Virus record (IMG/VR): IMGVR_UViG_3300045953_000152
Location: 1-35,710 of that record
Direction: 5' to 3' (one strand)
Length of the DNA: 35,710 bases
From: a virus
Lineage: Duplodnaviria > Caudoviricetes
The position numbers were made by a program, and so were the translations under genes. The notes beneath the pieces are model-generated. The model made no database searches. It saw only the letters and a program-made list of their open reading frames with translations, and had not been told where the DNA came from. Positions 27,058 to 35,710 of this stretch are shown one piece after another (within the stretch, counting starts at the first letter, position 1; each line of letters opens with the position of its first letter).

Positions 27058-27360
27058 CTACCAGCCCTCCAGCGCGTCGAGCGCCGCGTCGCGCTCCACC
27101 TCGAGTTCCCGTACCCGCGCGCGCAGCGTCCCCACCTCGCACAGGTGGACCAGCCACCCGATCACGTCGGAGCCGTGCCACCCGAGGAGCGCCGACTGCA
27201 CCCACTCCGTACCGTCGAGGTCCCAATCAACCACGGCTGCCCGGAGCGCAGAGACCCCAGCGTGGCCAAGCTCACCCCGTGCCAGGTCTCTTGCCACCAG
27301 CCGCAGGTGCATCGCACGACGTCGGTCCATCACGGCCTTGAGCTGCTCGTCGGGTGTCAT
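27058..27360 (-). CDS. Hypothetical protein (100 aa)
   Basis: ATGA overlap at 27360; C-terminal coiled coil. Confidence 0.7.
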   Translation of the reverse strand: MTPDEQLKAVMDRRRAMHLRLVARDLARGELGHAGVSALRAAVVDWDLDGTEWVQSALLGWHGSDVIGWLVHLCEVGTLRARVRELEVERDAALDALEGW

Positions 27361-27602
27361 CCCCACCACCTCCTCAGCTCGGTCACCACCAGGTACGCCG
27401 CACCGAGAGCCAGCCCCACGGTGGCCAGGACGATCAGGCCGCCGACGGCGCGGACCCGGCCGCCCAGGCCCTCGGGCTCGACGGGCCGCACCTTCTTCGT
27501 GCGCACGACCAAACACGACGAGCAGAGGATGGTGCCCTCGAACGGCACAGCGCACGACCACGAGACCTGCCGGCCGCAGCCGCCGCACCAGGTCCGGCTC
27601 AC
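27357..27602 (-). CDS. Zn-ribbon plus C-terminal TM small protein (81 aa)
   Basis: GTGA overlap; CGGC...CSSC, then LIVLATVGLALGAAYLVV. Confidence 0.65.
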   Translation of the reverse strand: MSRTWCGGCGRQVSWSCAVPFEGTILCSSCLVVRTKKVRPVEPEGLGGRVRAVGGLIVLATVGLALGAAYLVVTELRRWWG

Positions 27603-28012
27603 GCTGCACCGTCCTTTCGCCACCCCAGGAGGCCGTACCCGGCGATGTCCATGTACGGCGACTCCCCGCCGAGATCCTTCCCCTCAGGCCCCCGCTGAGC
27701 GATCCGCGACAGCTTGTCGAGGATGCGCACGATGAGCAGCGCGTCGTCGTACTGGTCGGGTCGGACCCCGTCGGGGTAGAGCACGCGCATGATCGCGCCA
27801 GCACGACCCGCGGCATCACCGTACTGCCGCTGCTTCGACTCGACGGTCCTGCCGACCCTCGCGCCGAGGTCTATCCACCGCGACCGCGAGATGTCGTCCT
27901 CGTGCTCGGCGACGAGGCCGCACGACCGGCACAGCCACCTGCCCTCGAAGAGCATTGCTTCGTCCAGGACCATCGACGCGTGGCACTTCGCACACAACGG
28001 CTCCAGGCTCAT
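27599..28012 (-). CDS. Zn ribbon fused to an Nmad1/DUF1599-like all-alpha domain
   Basis: CAKC...CRSC, then KQ..YGD...R..DKL.RIA...GESP..DIAGYGLL. Confidence 0.75.
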   Translation of the reverse strand: MSLEPLCAKCHASMVLDEAMLFEGRWLCRSCGLVAEHEDDISRSRWIDLGARVGRTVESKQRQYGDAAGRAGAIMRVLYPDGVRPDQYDDALLIVRILDKLSRIAQRGPEGKDLGGESPYMDIAGYGLLGWRKDGAA

Positions 28013-28209
28013 GCCATTGCTCCTCTCAGCTCGACGACGTCCCTGAAGCGATCGCACTTCGTGCACCAGCGCCTCACCGCGCGGGTGCTCGCGGTGACGA
28101 GCGGACCCACGCCGTCGTGCCTGCACTCGAGCACTGCCTGGTAGACCGGCTCTCCATCACGGGTGAAGTAGAGCGGGGCACCGACGATGGGCAGCTCCGG
28201 ACGGCTCAT
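28009..28209 (-). CDS. Small Zn-ribbon-like protein (66 aa)
   Basis: ATGA overlaps on both sides; LECRH...CTKC. Confidence 0.65.
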   Translation of the reverse strand: MSRPELPIVGAPLYFTRDGEPVYQAVLECRHDGVGPLVTASTRAVRRWCTKCDRFRDVVELRGAMA

Positions 28210-28505
28210 GGCGCCCTCTCGGGCACGGCCACGCCGTTCTCCTCGAGCAGGATCTCCAGGTCGCGCACCCGCCCGCGATCGAGTGCGCACGCGGGCCGCC
28301 GTCGCCGGTAGTCCGGCTGGCGATCGGTTTCCCGGTCTGCCCTGACGTCGTGCTCGGAGCGGCCGGTGTACGCGGCCTCAGCCCGGATCAGGCGATCGAA
28401 CGCCTCCGTCCCCAGCATGTGCCAGCGAAACTCAGGATCGGTCTGCACGCGGTTGAGGGCATAGCGAACGGCGTCGTAGAGCAGCTCGGTAACTTCCTTG
28501 CTCAT
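28206..28505 (-). CDS. Hypothetical protein (99 aa)
   Basis: ATG 28505, GAGGT RBS, ATGA overlaps. Confidence 0.7.
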   Translation of the reverse strand: MSKEVTELLYDAVRYALNRVQTDPEFRWHMLGTEAFDRLIRAEAAYTGRSEHDVRADRETDRQPDYRRRRPACALDRGRVRDLEILLEENGVAVPERAP

Positions 28506-28963
28506 GGCACCTCTCCAGTCAGCGCGAGCACGACCCCGACGAAGATGTCGAGCTCCAGCCGCAGCCTCAGCAGCTCGACGAGTTCCGCGTCTGTTGGGTG
28601 CACGCAGTCGTCGGTCGCGCCGTAGAAGCCGCAGTTCCCGGGATCGCACAGCGCCGGCGCCGGGACCAACGTGATCGGGCCGTCCTTTGCCGGCGGCACG
28701 ATGCACGTGTGGGCTTCGCCCGTGCCCACGCAGTGCCTGCAGTCAGCGGCCTTGCGCCCCTCCTCGAGGCTGGCCACCAGCGTCTCGGTTTGCCAGCGCT
28801 TGAAGCGGGCGATGATGTCGGGGGTCGCCTTGGTGATGCGGTCGAGGAGGTTCGCCCTCTTCTGAGCTGGCGTACCCAGCCCTAGGGGAACATCAGCCCG
28901 CAGACGCGCCGTCACCTGCTCGCAGACACCCAGCCTGATCTTGGCGAACAGCTCGCGCGTCAT
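28502..28963 (-). CDS. Cys-containing hypothetical protein (153 aa)
   Basis: ATG 28963 ATGA overlap; CRHC.GTG, plus further Cys/His. Confidence 0.65.
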   Translation of the reverse strand: MTRELFAKIRLGVCEQVTARLRADVPLGLGTPAQKRANLLDRITKATPDIIARFKRWQTETLVASLEEGRKAADCRHCVGTGEAHTCIVPPAKDGPITLVPAPALCDPGNCGFYGATDDCVHPTDAELVELLRLRLELDIFVGVVLALTGEVP

Positions 28964-29499
28964 GGCACCCACCCCCACCACGACCGCCAGCTCGCCGGTG
29001 CCGGACGAGCGTGCCGACCGACCACGCAGGACGTCGATGCCCCCGTGGTCGGCCGGCACGCCAGCCTCGCCGGCTGGTCCAGGTCCCTGAGACCTGCGCC
29101 GTCGGTGCCCTCGGGCTCCTCGTCCTTGATGGCGCACCGGCGAAACTGCAGGAGCGCGTACGTCTGGAGGGCGACCAGGCGCTGCCCGAGCTCGACCACC
29201 TGCGCGGGGTCCAGCCGGATGGAGCCGTCCATCGGGTCCGCGTACGGCCAGTCGAACGGCTCGTACTCCGGCGGGGCGTCCATGCACGGCGCGCCGGGCA
29301 CGCGCTCGACCTTCACCCTCTCGATCACCGTGGTGTGCTGCTTCGGGTAGCAGCCGGTGAGAACGGCCAAGACCACCCCGCCAGATAGCAGCAGGAGCGC
29401 GATGACGAACGCGCGCCGCAGGTCCCGCAGCTCGGCGCGCAGCGACTCGTGCTTGATCAGCAGCATGGTGATCGCCCCGTCCTTCGGCTGGTCGCGCAT
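28960..29499 (-). CDS. Putative lipoprotein, Pro-rich (o-spanin-like pattern)
   Basis: ATG 29499 with GGAGGT RBS; hydrophobic stretch ending LTGC; V.V..VP..PC...PP then a helix ending in Cys. Confidence 0.6.
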   Translation of the reverse strand: MRDQPKDGAITMLLIKHESLRAELRDLRRAFVIALLLLSGGVVLAVLTGCYPKQHTTVIERVKVERVPGAPCMDAPPEYEPFDWPYADPMDGSIRLDPAQVVELGQRLVALQTYALLQFRRCAIKDEEPEGTDGAGLRDLDQPARLACRPTTGASTSCVVGRHARPAPASWRSWWGWVP

Positions 29500-29978
29500 C
29501 AGGCACCTCCTCCAGCGACGGCCGACGGAGCGAGGACCTCGCCGCGCCGGCGGCGCACCTCCGCCTCGACCTCGGCGGGCAGCGTCCACAGCCGCCGAGC
29601 TCCCCGGCACCGCACCGGCTCGATGGGCGTGATCTCATCGAGCAGCCACACCCAGGGGCCAAAGCCCCACTGCGACTGTCCCGGCCGCCACAGGTCGATG
29701 GTCGTGCGCCACATGGGATCCATCTCGACGTGCAGCACCTCGACGACCTTCGCGGTCGCAAGGATGACGCCGCCCGGGCAGTCCCCCGCTGAGGGCGGAA
29801 CGACTCCGAGGTCGCGGATGAAGCGCGCGCCGTCCTCGTCGTAGGTCTCGCCGGCGTGGATAGCGAGCTCGAGCGGCAGGAGCTGCAGCAACGGTCGCCA
29901 TCCGCGGTTCTCGACCGCCTTGATGCCCTTGGCGACGACCTGCGCCCAGGGGGTATGGAGCGTGAGGCCGAGCATCAT
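29499..29978 (-). CDS. ASCH domain protein
   Basis: LTL..PWA.....G.K.VENR.W, LAIHAG, P...RG...LW motifs. Confidence 0.9.
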   Translation of the reverse strand: MMLGLTLHTPWAQVVAKGIKAVENRGWRPLLQLLPLELAIHAGETYDEDGARFIRDLGVVPPSAGDCPGGVILATAKVVEVLHVEMDPMWRTTIDLWRPGQSQWGFGPWVWLLDEITPIEPVRCRGARRLWTLPAEVEAEVRRRRGEVLAPSAVAGGGA

Positions 29979-30337
29979 GGCACCTCCGCTTCTTCTTCGG
30001 CGTCCCAGTCGGGATCGTCGTCAGTCTCCGCCTCCTCGATGCCCTGGTCGGGCGCCCGCGCCGAGGCTAGCTGCGGCAGCTCCCAGCGCTGGACCGGCGC
30101 CGGCTGGTTGGTCGCCGCCACCGCGCGCGCCATCACCTCCGTGGTCGGCGTGAGCGCGTAGATCGCGCCGCCGCCGTAGTACTGCGTCGCCGACCACCCC
30201 GCGCCACCGACTGCCGGGACGTCGATGCGCAGCATCGGCACGCCGGCGACGACCTCCTCCGACACCACCCCGCCGAGGCGGCGGTGTCCCATCAGCTCGA
30301 CGATGGCCCAGCCTTCGTACGGCTTCTTCTCGCCCAT
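29975..30337 (-). CDS. Conserved phage hypothetical protein with acidic tail (120 aa)
   Basis: WAIVELMGH.R..G...E.......RIDVP...T.YYG..AIY..TP motif. Confidence 0.8.
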   Translation of the reverse strand: MGEKKPYEGWAIVELMGHRRLGGVVSEEVVAGVPMLRIDVPAVGGAGWSATQYYGGGAIYALTPTTEVMARAVAATNQPAPVQRWELPQLASARAPDQGIEEAETDDDPDWDAEEEAEVP

Positions 30338-30338
30338 C

Positions 30339-30883
30339 TCAGCCCTCCCCGCCGAGGTCGCGCCACGCGTCATCCTGCTCGTCGCCCTGGTCGGGCGCCT
30401 GGGCCGTCGGCTCCTCGTGCTCGTCCTGCTTCTCGTCGTCGTGCATCGGGCTCCTCCTCGGTTCGACCCTGATCTCAATCGCGTACTCGCGGTCGTCGCC
30501 GCGGCGCTGCTCCACGCGCCACTCGACGCGCTCGTCCCGGTCGTCGGCGACGTGCGCCCACCGCGTCTCCCCTCGCTTCTTGATCGGCAGCCCCAGCTCG
30601 ACGGCGACCTGGTCACGCGCCGCCTTGGTCGCTCCGCCCACGAGGTTGTCGCCGTCTAGGACGTGCGGCGCGATTCGGGTGATCGTCACCACCACCGGCA
30701 ACCGGGCCTCGTACGCCCCCCAGCACAGCGCCACTGCCTCACGAACGCTGCTCGTGCGCCTGTACTTCTTGCCCCAGTGCCCCCGCGCGTTCGCCTCCGA
30801 CGCTGTATGCACGGGGACGACGAGCGTGAACGGCTCACCGGGCCGCGGGCGGTTGCGCAGGTCGACCACGAGCTGGGCTCGCC

Positions 30884-30887
<4 letters not shown>
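30339..30887 (-). CDS. rusA: RusA-like Holliday junction resolvase
   Basis: S.AN...HW, VTITR, LD.DNL...K..RD and DD acidic catalytic pattern. Confidence 0.7.
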
Positions 30888-31443
<556 letters not shown>

Positions 31444-31447
<4 letters not shown>

Positions 31448-31995
31448 TCGAACTCCAGCTCGCTCACGTCCTCGAGCACCGCGTCCTCAGCCGCCGAAGG
31501 GGTCGCCGGCCGCCGCGCCTCCGCGAGCTCGCGGATCACCGCCAGGCGGTCGCCGCGCGGCTTCGAGGGCGGCTTGGTCATGCGCTTCCCGCCGTGGTAG
31601 CCGCAGGAGGTGCCCTCTGTCGGGCGGCCGCAGAGCTCGCCGGTGCGCTTCACCGCGTCGCACCGCCCGGGCGTCGGCGCCACGAGCTGCGCCTTCTCCT
31701 TCGCGGCCCGCTTAGCGATCGCCGCCCGGGCCTCCCCGTTCGACACCTCCTTCATCGAGGCCGCGCGCGGCGCCAGCTTCCCCACCGGCGGCCCCGAAGC
31801 GGCCTGGCGCTGCTTCCGCCGACGCCGCTTCTTCTTCAGCGCCGGCGCCGGGACGACGTCGGCGCGCTGCTCCGCCACCCACGAGCGAAGCCGCTCGAGC
31901 TCCGTCCCCTGCAGGATCCGAACGACCTCCGCGCGGCCACCGGTGTAGAGCCGCAGCATGCAGCCCTCCGACAACTCGACCTCGAGCGGCTTCAT
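31444..31995 (-). CDS. Basic protein with C-x-C-x-C-xx-H Zn motif (183 aa)
   Basis: ATG 31995; KKKRRRRK tract; [12 protein letters not shown]...CGYHGG. Confidence 0.7.
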
Positions 31996-32225
31996 GACCA
32001 CCTCACCTCGTCGCGGTTCGCCTCCGTGAAGATCGACCAGCACAGCTCGCACCGGTCGTGCTCCTCTTCGTCTTGCTCCGACGTCGCGGCACGCACGTAC
32101 GCGCAGAGCGAGCGAGAGAACGGCCGCCCGTCCGGCGTGCCCGGCTGCGCGTCGCGCGGCACCAGGAACGCGTGGGCCTTTCCGGTCGCCGTCGAGCGGC
32201 GCCACTGGTACTTCCAGCGCGTCAT
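31992..32225 (-). CDS. Small H-C-CxxC Zn-finger protein (77 aa)
   Basis: ATG 32225 with GGAGGT RBS; AHAF...SLC...RCELC. Confidence 0.7.
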   Translation of the reverse strand: MTRWKYQWRRSTATGKAHAFLVPRDAQPGTPDGRPFSRSLCAYVRAATSEQDEEEHDRCELCWSIFTEANRDEVRWS

Positions 32226-32554
32226 GCTGACCTCCTCGATGGATCCGCGAGCAGCGAGACGCGCTTCTCCAGCGCACGGCCGACGTCGATCACCGTGAGC
32301 GCTGTCTCCATGTCCTGCCCGATCAGGTCGTGCGCCCGTCGCCAGGCAGCCAACACCGTCGTGTGGTGCTTGCGGAAGAGCCTCCCCAGCTCGGGGAAGG
32401 ACATGTGCGTGTGCCGCCTGACGAGGTACATCGCCAGAGCACGCACACGGGTTAGCGTCAGGTGTCGTCGGCTGCCCAAGAGGTCCTGGACACGCACGCG
32501 GTAGTGCAAGGCGACCATCTCGAGCACCGCCCGTGCCTTGGCCGCGTCGCTCAT
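32222..32554 (-). CDS. Stand-alone DnaA C-terminal (domain IV) HTH protein
   Basis: L.G.RR......R..AMYL.R..T..S.PE.G..F.K.HTTV matches the DnaA domain IV signature; no AAA+ domain. Confidence 0.9.
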   Translation of the reverse strand: MSDAAKARAVLEMVALHYRVRVQDLLGSRRHLTLTRVRALAMYLVRRHTHMSFPELGRLFRKHHTTVLAAWRRAHDLIGQDMETALTVIDVGRALEKRVSLLADPSRRSA

Positions 32555-32841
32555 CGGCCGCACCGCTGGGCTGCGCTCTTCCGCGCCATGCACGCCGCGT
32601 TCGCCACCATGTGGCAGCAGCTGTCCGAGCAGTACCGACGGTACTTCTCGCCCCTGCGCCCGCCCTTCGACAGCTGGCACGGCCGGCCACACCCGGGTCT
32701 CGCGCAGAGGGGCGCGTCCTCCGCAGGATCCGCCGATGGGGTCACCACGCGCACGGGCGCAAACGCCGCCGGCCGCACGTCCGCGAGCCGGTATGCGCTT
32801 GGCCGAGCTCGGCGCTCGTTCGTGAACAGCAGGTCGCTCAT
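32551..32841 (-). CDS. Zn-finger protein (96 aa)
   Basis: CARPGC...RRYCSDSC; ATGA overlaps. Confidence 0.7.
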   Translation of the reverse strand: MSDLLFTNERRARPSAYRLADVRPAAFAPVRVVTPSADPAEDAPLCARPGCGRPCQLSKGGRRGEKYRRYCSDSCCHMVANAACMARKSAAQRCGR

Positions 32842-33497
32842 CGGCCACCCACTTTCGCCAGCCGCGGCCACATGCCGACCTCGTCTGCCCGACGGAGGAA
32901 ACGCGCCGAGTAGCGCGTCCCCAGCGACTCGCGCGACAGGTTCGCGGTGACGATGGTCCGCCGCTGGTTCTCGTAGCGGAAGTTGTACAGCCCGTACAGC
33001 TGCGACAGCTGTGCGTTGCTCCGGTCGACCGGCTCCGTCCCGGCGTCGTCGATGACGAGCAGCGAGCAGCGCTGGTATCGCCGCAGCTTCGCCGCGTGCA
33101 TCTCGTTGTGCCGCGGATCGAGGTTCGCCAGCTCGATCGCGTGCACCATGAGCGCGTGCGCATCGCACGCCACCGCCCACGCCGCCGCGAACGTCTTCCC
33201 TTCGCCGCCCTCGCCGGTGAGCATCAAGATCCGCTTCTCGCGCGGGGCGGCCTTCAGGAACGCGCGCGTCTCTCGCATCGCCTGCGTGTCCGACATCCGC
33301 CGCTCGAGTAGCGCGTCTACGACCTTCTCGGGCACACCGCGCTCGAGCAGCTCGTTGCGCCGCGTCCCCTCGCGGGCGCGTCGAAGGAAGGCGTCATGCT
33401 GCTCGGCCTCCGCCGGTGAGAGCACGCGGAGCTCGCGCAGCGCCTCCTCGATGAGCGCGCCGATGGGGCTCGGTCCGTTCGTCCTGTCGTCGGTCAT
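32838..33497 (-). CDS. DnaC/IstB-like AAA+ ATPase (helicase loader)
   Basis: GEGGEGKT Walker A, LLVIDDAG Walker B, RY...R.TIVTANL, R..RR. Confidence 0.9.
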   Translation of the reverse strand: MTDDRTNGPSPIGALIEEALRELRVLSPAEAEQHDAFLRRAREGTRRNELLERGVPEKVVDALLERRMSDTQAMRETRAFLKAAPREKRILMLTGEGGEGKTFAAAWAVACDAHALMVHAIELANLDPRHNEMHAAKLRRYQRCSLLVIDDAGTEPVDRSNAQLSQLYGLYNFRYENQRRTIVTANLSRESLGTRYSARFLRRADEVGMWPRLAKVGGR

Positions 33498-33504
33498 CGC
33501 CAGC

Positions 33505-34482
33505 TCACCCACGTCGGTCCTCCTCGCTCGCGTCCGGGAACGTGTCGGTCGGTGCGAACCCGAGAGACGCACCACCACGCACGCCCGGCGGGGAAGCGCG
33601 CGCCCGCACCCCCTGGCGGCGAGCCATGAGCGCGGAGAGGCTCCCGAAGAAGCCGTGGAGCGACAGCCCCCGGCGGTTGAGCTGGAAGTCGTCGGCGCCG
33701 GTGACGTACTCGCGAGCCAGCGCTGTGAGAGCATCGCCGGTGAACGAAGCGTCGAGCTCGCGGACCTTCTTGCCGGCCGCCGCGTGGTCCTTGCCCGGGT
33801 AGTCCACCCCAACCCGCTCGCGGTATGCGGCCATGAAGGCGGCGATGAACACGCGGACCCTCGGATCGGTCTCGCGGTCCTGTGAACCCTTCTCCCTCCG
33901 GAGCCCCTCCGGTTCCCTGGGCTCGGTCCCTGCCGGGGAGCTCGAGCCACACGCCTTCTCGTCCTGGACCAGGTCCCGCGCGCGCCCGCGCGCGAAAGGC
34001 TTTTCCGGAATAGGAAGAGGATCCGGAAGAGGATCCGGAGGCGTTACGTCGCGGTCCACCGCGTCACTCCCCGTGACTCCGCGTGACGCTTCGTGACTGG
34101 CCGTGACTGCTAGTGACAGCTGGGCCCGCTTCGCCTCGGCGGCGGCGGACTTGTCGCGGTACCGCTTGGCCGCCTGGCGCTGCTTTGGCGTCCTCGGCTG
34201 CTCCCAGTCGGGGTGCGGAAGGATCTCGAGCGAGCCGTCGGGGTAGCGGTGGACGAGCTTGCCCTCCATGCCGCCGAGCGCCTCGGTGACATCGTCGAGC
34301 GGCATGCGGCGCTGGGCGGCGATGAAAGCCGGCGCGCTGTAGGCGGCCGGGATGCGGCCCTCGAAGCCGCGGCGCACGTCGAGCGCCAGGAGCCAGCGGA
34401 AGACCGGCTCGGCCTTCCACCCCGCCTCGACGAAGTCGGGGTTCTCGTCGAGGTACGCGGAGAGGTGAAGGGACCAGCTCAT
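33505..34482 (-). CDS. Replication initiator-like protein (lambda O analogue)
   Basis: Upstream of the DnaC-like gene; wHTH-like N-terminus, RQ...KRYR, internal DNA repeats, PDPLPDPLP linker. Confidence 0.7.
   Translation of the reverse strand: MSWSLHLSAYLDENPDFVEAGWKAEPVFRWLLALDVRRGFEGRIPAAYSAPAFIAAQRRMPLDDVTEALGGMEGKLVHRYPDGSLEILPHPDWEQPRTPKQRQAAKRYRDKSAAAEAKRAQLSLAVTASHEASRGVTGSDAVDRDVTPPDPLPDPLPIPEKPFARGRARDLVQDEKACGSSSPAGTEPREPEGLRREKGSQDRETDPRVRVFIAAFMAAYRERVGVDYPGKDHAAAGKKVRELDASFTGDALTALAREYVTGADDFQLNRRGLSLHGFFGSLSALMARRQGVRARASPPGVRGGASLGFAPTDTFPDASEEDRRG
34041..34120. repeat. Iteron-like array (putative replication origin)
   Basis: Five GTGAC copies at exact 10-bp period (34071-34120), plus inverted GTCAC and GTTAC at 34061/34041; GGAAGAGGATCC tandem just to the left. 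Confidence 0.7.
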
Positions 34483-34682
34483 GCGTCCTCGACCTCGACG
34501 CGCAGCCGCCACTCCCGCAGTCGCCCCCGGCGCGGGGCCTCGTCGGCGGTGACCTCGACGACCTCGGCGCCGGTCACGGGAGGGGCCGTCGCCTCGGTCC
34601 TGAGGTACCCATCTTCATCGAGGACGAACGCGAACGTCGCGCAGCCGTCCGGCGTGAACGCCGTGCAGGTGAACCGCTTCAT
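34479..34682 (-). CDS. Hypothetical protein (67 aa)
   Basis: ATGA overlaps on both sides. Confidence 0.6.
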   Translation of the reverse strand: MKRFTCTAFTPDGCATFAFVLDEDGYLRTEATAPPVTGAEVVEVTADEAPRRGRLREWRLRVEVEDA

Positions 34683-35710
34683 GACGCCCTCGCCGTCGAG
34701 CCGTCCGGCTCGGGCACCCACGCCTGGAGGTTCTTGATGACGTCGAGCGAGGGCTTCCAGTTCGCGCCCGCGATGATGTCGATGGCCGCGTGCGCCTGCT
34801 GGTAGGTGAGATCCGTCCGCAGACCGAAGCGCTGAAGCTGCTTCGCCTGCCGCAGCGTGCAGAGCCGCTTCATCGCGCGCTCACGCACCGCCCTGCAGAT
34901 CTTCTGGGCCTCCCAGTAGTCCAGCCCCGCCGTCGGGATCTTGTGCTTCGCCAGCTTCTCCAGTTGCTCGCGTGTCGGCGGCATCTCCACCGGCCCGTCC
35001 GCGGCACGGATGTCGATCCCGAGAAGCGCCGACTCGGTGGCGAACAGGTCGACCTCGCGGGCCTGGTACCGCGCCCGGACCGTCGCCCGCTTGCGCCGCT
35101 CGAGCTCGGCGATTTGCGTCCTCGCCTGGTCGATTGCGTCGAGCAGCTCGAGCTGCGGGTCCTCCTTGGCCAGCCGCTTCGCCAGCCCGCGTACCTCCTC
35201 GGTCTCGTCTCCGCCGAGGATGTCCACCGCCGTCACCAGCGAGTGCCGGCCGGTCACGCCGACGAAGTCGATGACCAGCGCATCCTTCTTGCCCGGGAAG
35301 AGCCGCGTCGAGCGCCCGACCATCTGCGAGTAGAGCGAGCGCGACATCGTAGGTCGGGCCATGGCGACCGCGGACACCCACGGCAGGTCGACGCCCTCGG
35401 TGAGGAGCATCACGTTGACGAGGAACTGGAAGTCGCCCTGCTCGAACTGCCGGCGCAGCTCACGCCGAGCCTCGAGGTCCATAGTGCCGTCCACCGACCT
35501 CGCGCAGCCCGGCCGGTATCGCTCGAACACCGCGGTCAGCAGCTTGGCGTGCTCGACGGTGACCGCGAAGACGATGGTCGGTCGATCGGCGGCGAGCTCG
35601 AGCGTCGGCTGCGCGACCTCGTGGAGGTGCTTCTCCTCCGACATGATCTGCTCGAGCTCGGTGACCGAGAAGTCGCCCTGCGACTTCGAGAGGCCGCTCA
35701 GGTCCAGCCC
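34679..35710 (-). CDS. Superfamily 2 (DEAD/DEAH-like) helicase, C-terminal part; 5' end outside window
   Basis: TIVFA.TVEHA, LTEGVDLP, RPT.S..LY.QMVGR.TR, VIDFV motifs; frame stays open to the window edge. Confidence 0.92.
   Translation of the reverse strand, partial: GLDLSGLSKSQGDFSVTELEQIMSEEKHLHEVAQPTLELAADRPTIVFAVTVEHAKLLTAVFERYRPGCARSVDGTMDLEARRELRRQFEQGDFQFLVNVMLLTEGVDLPWVSAVAMARPTMSRSLYSQMVGRSTRLFPGKKDALVIDFVGVTGRHSLVTAVDILGGDETEEVRGLAKRLAKEDPQLELLDAIDQARTQIAELERRKRATVRARYQAREVDLFATESALLGIDIRAADGPVEMPPTREQLEKLAKHKIPTAGLDYWEAQKICRAVRERAMKRLCTLRQAKQLQRFGLRTDLTYQQAHAAIDIIAGANWKPSLDVIKNLQAWVPEPDGSTARAS

Noticed and set aside
25251-29990. Recurrent GAGGTGCCATGA-like gene junctions suggesting a cassette system
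   Set aside because: Largely explained by Shine-Dalgarno plus ATGA coupling; no longer repeat or recombinase seen
32838-33497. IstB-like ATPase as sign of an IS21 element
   Set aside because: No IstA transposase or terminal repeats; context is an initiator-loader pair
34061-34120. CRISPR-like repeat array
   Set aside because: Units are 5-6 bp at a 10-bp period within a CDS; no spacers or cas genes

Overview
A 35.7 kb slice of a high-GC tailed bacteriophage or prophage with a contractile tail (myovirus-type). Essentially all credible genes are on the minus strand and tightly packed with ATGA/GTGA overlaps. Reading right to left: (1) replication module with an SF2 helicase (truncated by the window edge), an initiator-like protein containing a 10-bp-phased GTGAC iteron array, a DnaC-like ATPase and a stand-alone DnaA domain-IV HTH protein. 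(2) About 20 small accessory genes, many Cys/Zn-finger-like, including RusA-like, ASCH, Nmad1-like and lipoprotein genes, plus two paralogous Cys/His-motif HTH regulators, one with a sigma70 region-4-like end. (3) Terminase, portal, three small inserted genes, and a MuF/gp7 head protein fused to an R-S-E ADP-ribosyltransferase, followed by an unlisted 52-aa ORF. (4) Protease/scaffold, decoration and major capsid genes, then a 656-aa beta-helix spike gene placed inside the head module. (5) Neck, sheath, tube, chaperone with a -1 slippery site, tape measure, baseplate, short fibre and membrane/lipoprotein genes. A bipartite motif, CCAACG-N13-CGTGTGTAGTGGTG, occupies two late-region intergenic gaps and is a candidate late promoter. 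A myxobacterial-type host is suggested but not shown. All family calls are from motif recognition and gene order; no database search was run.
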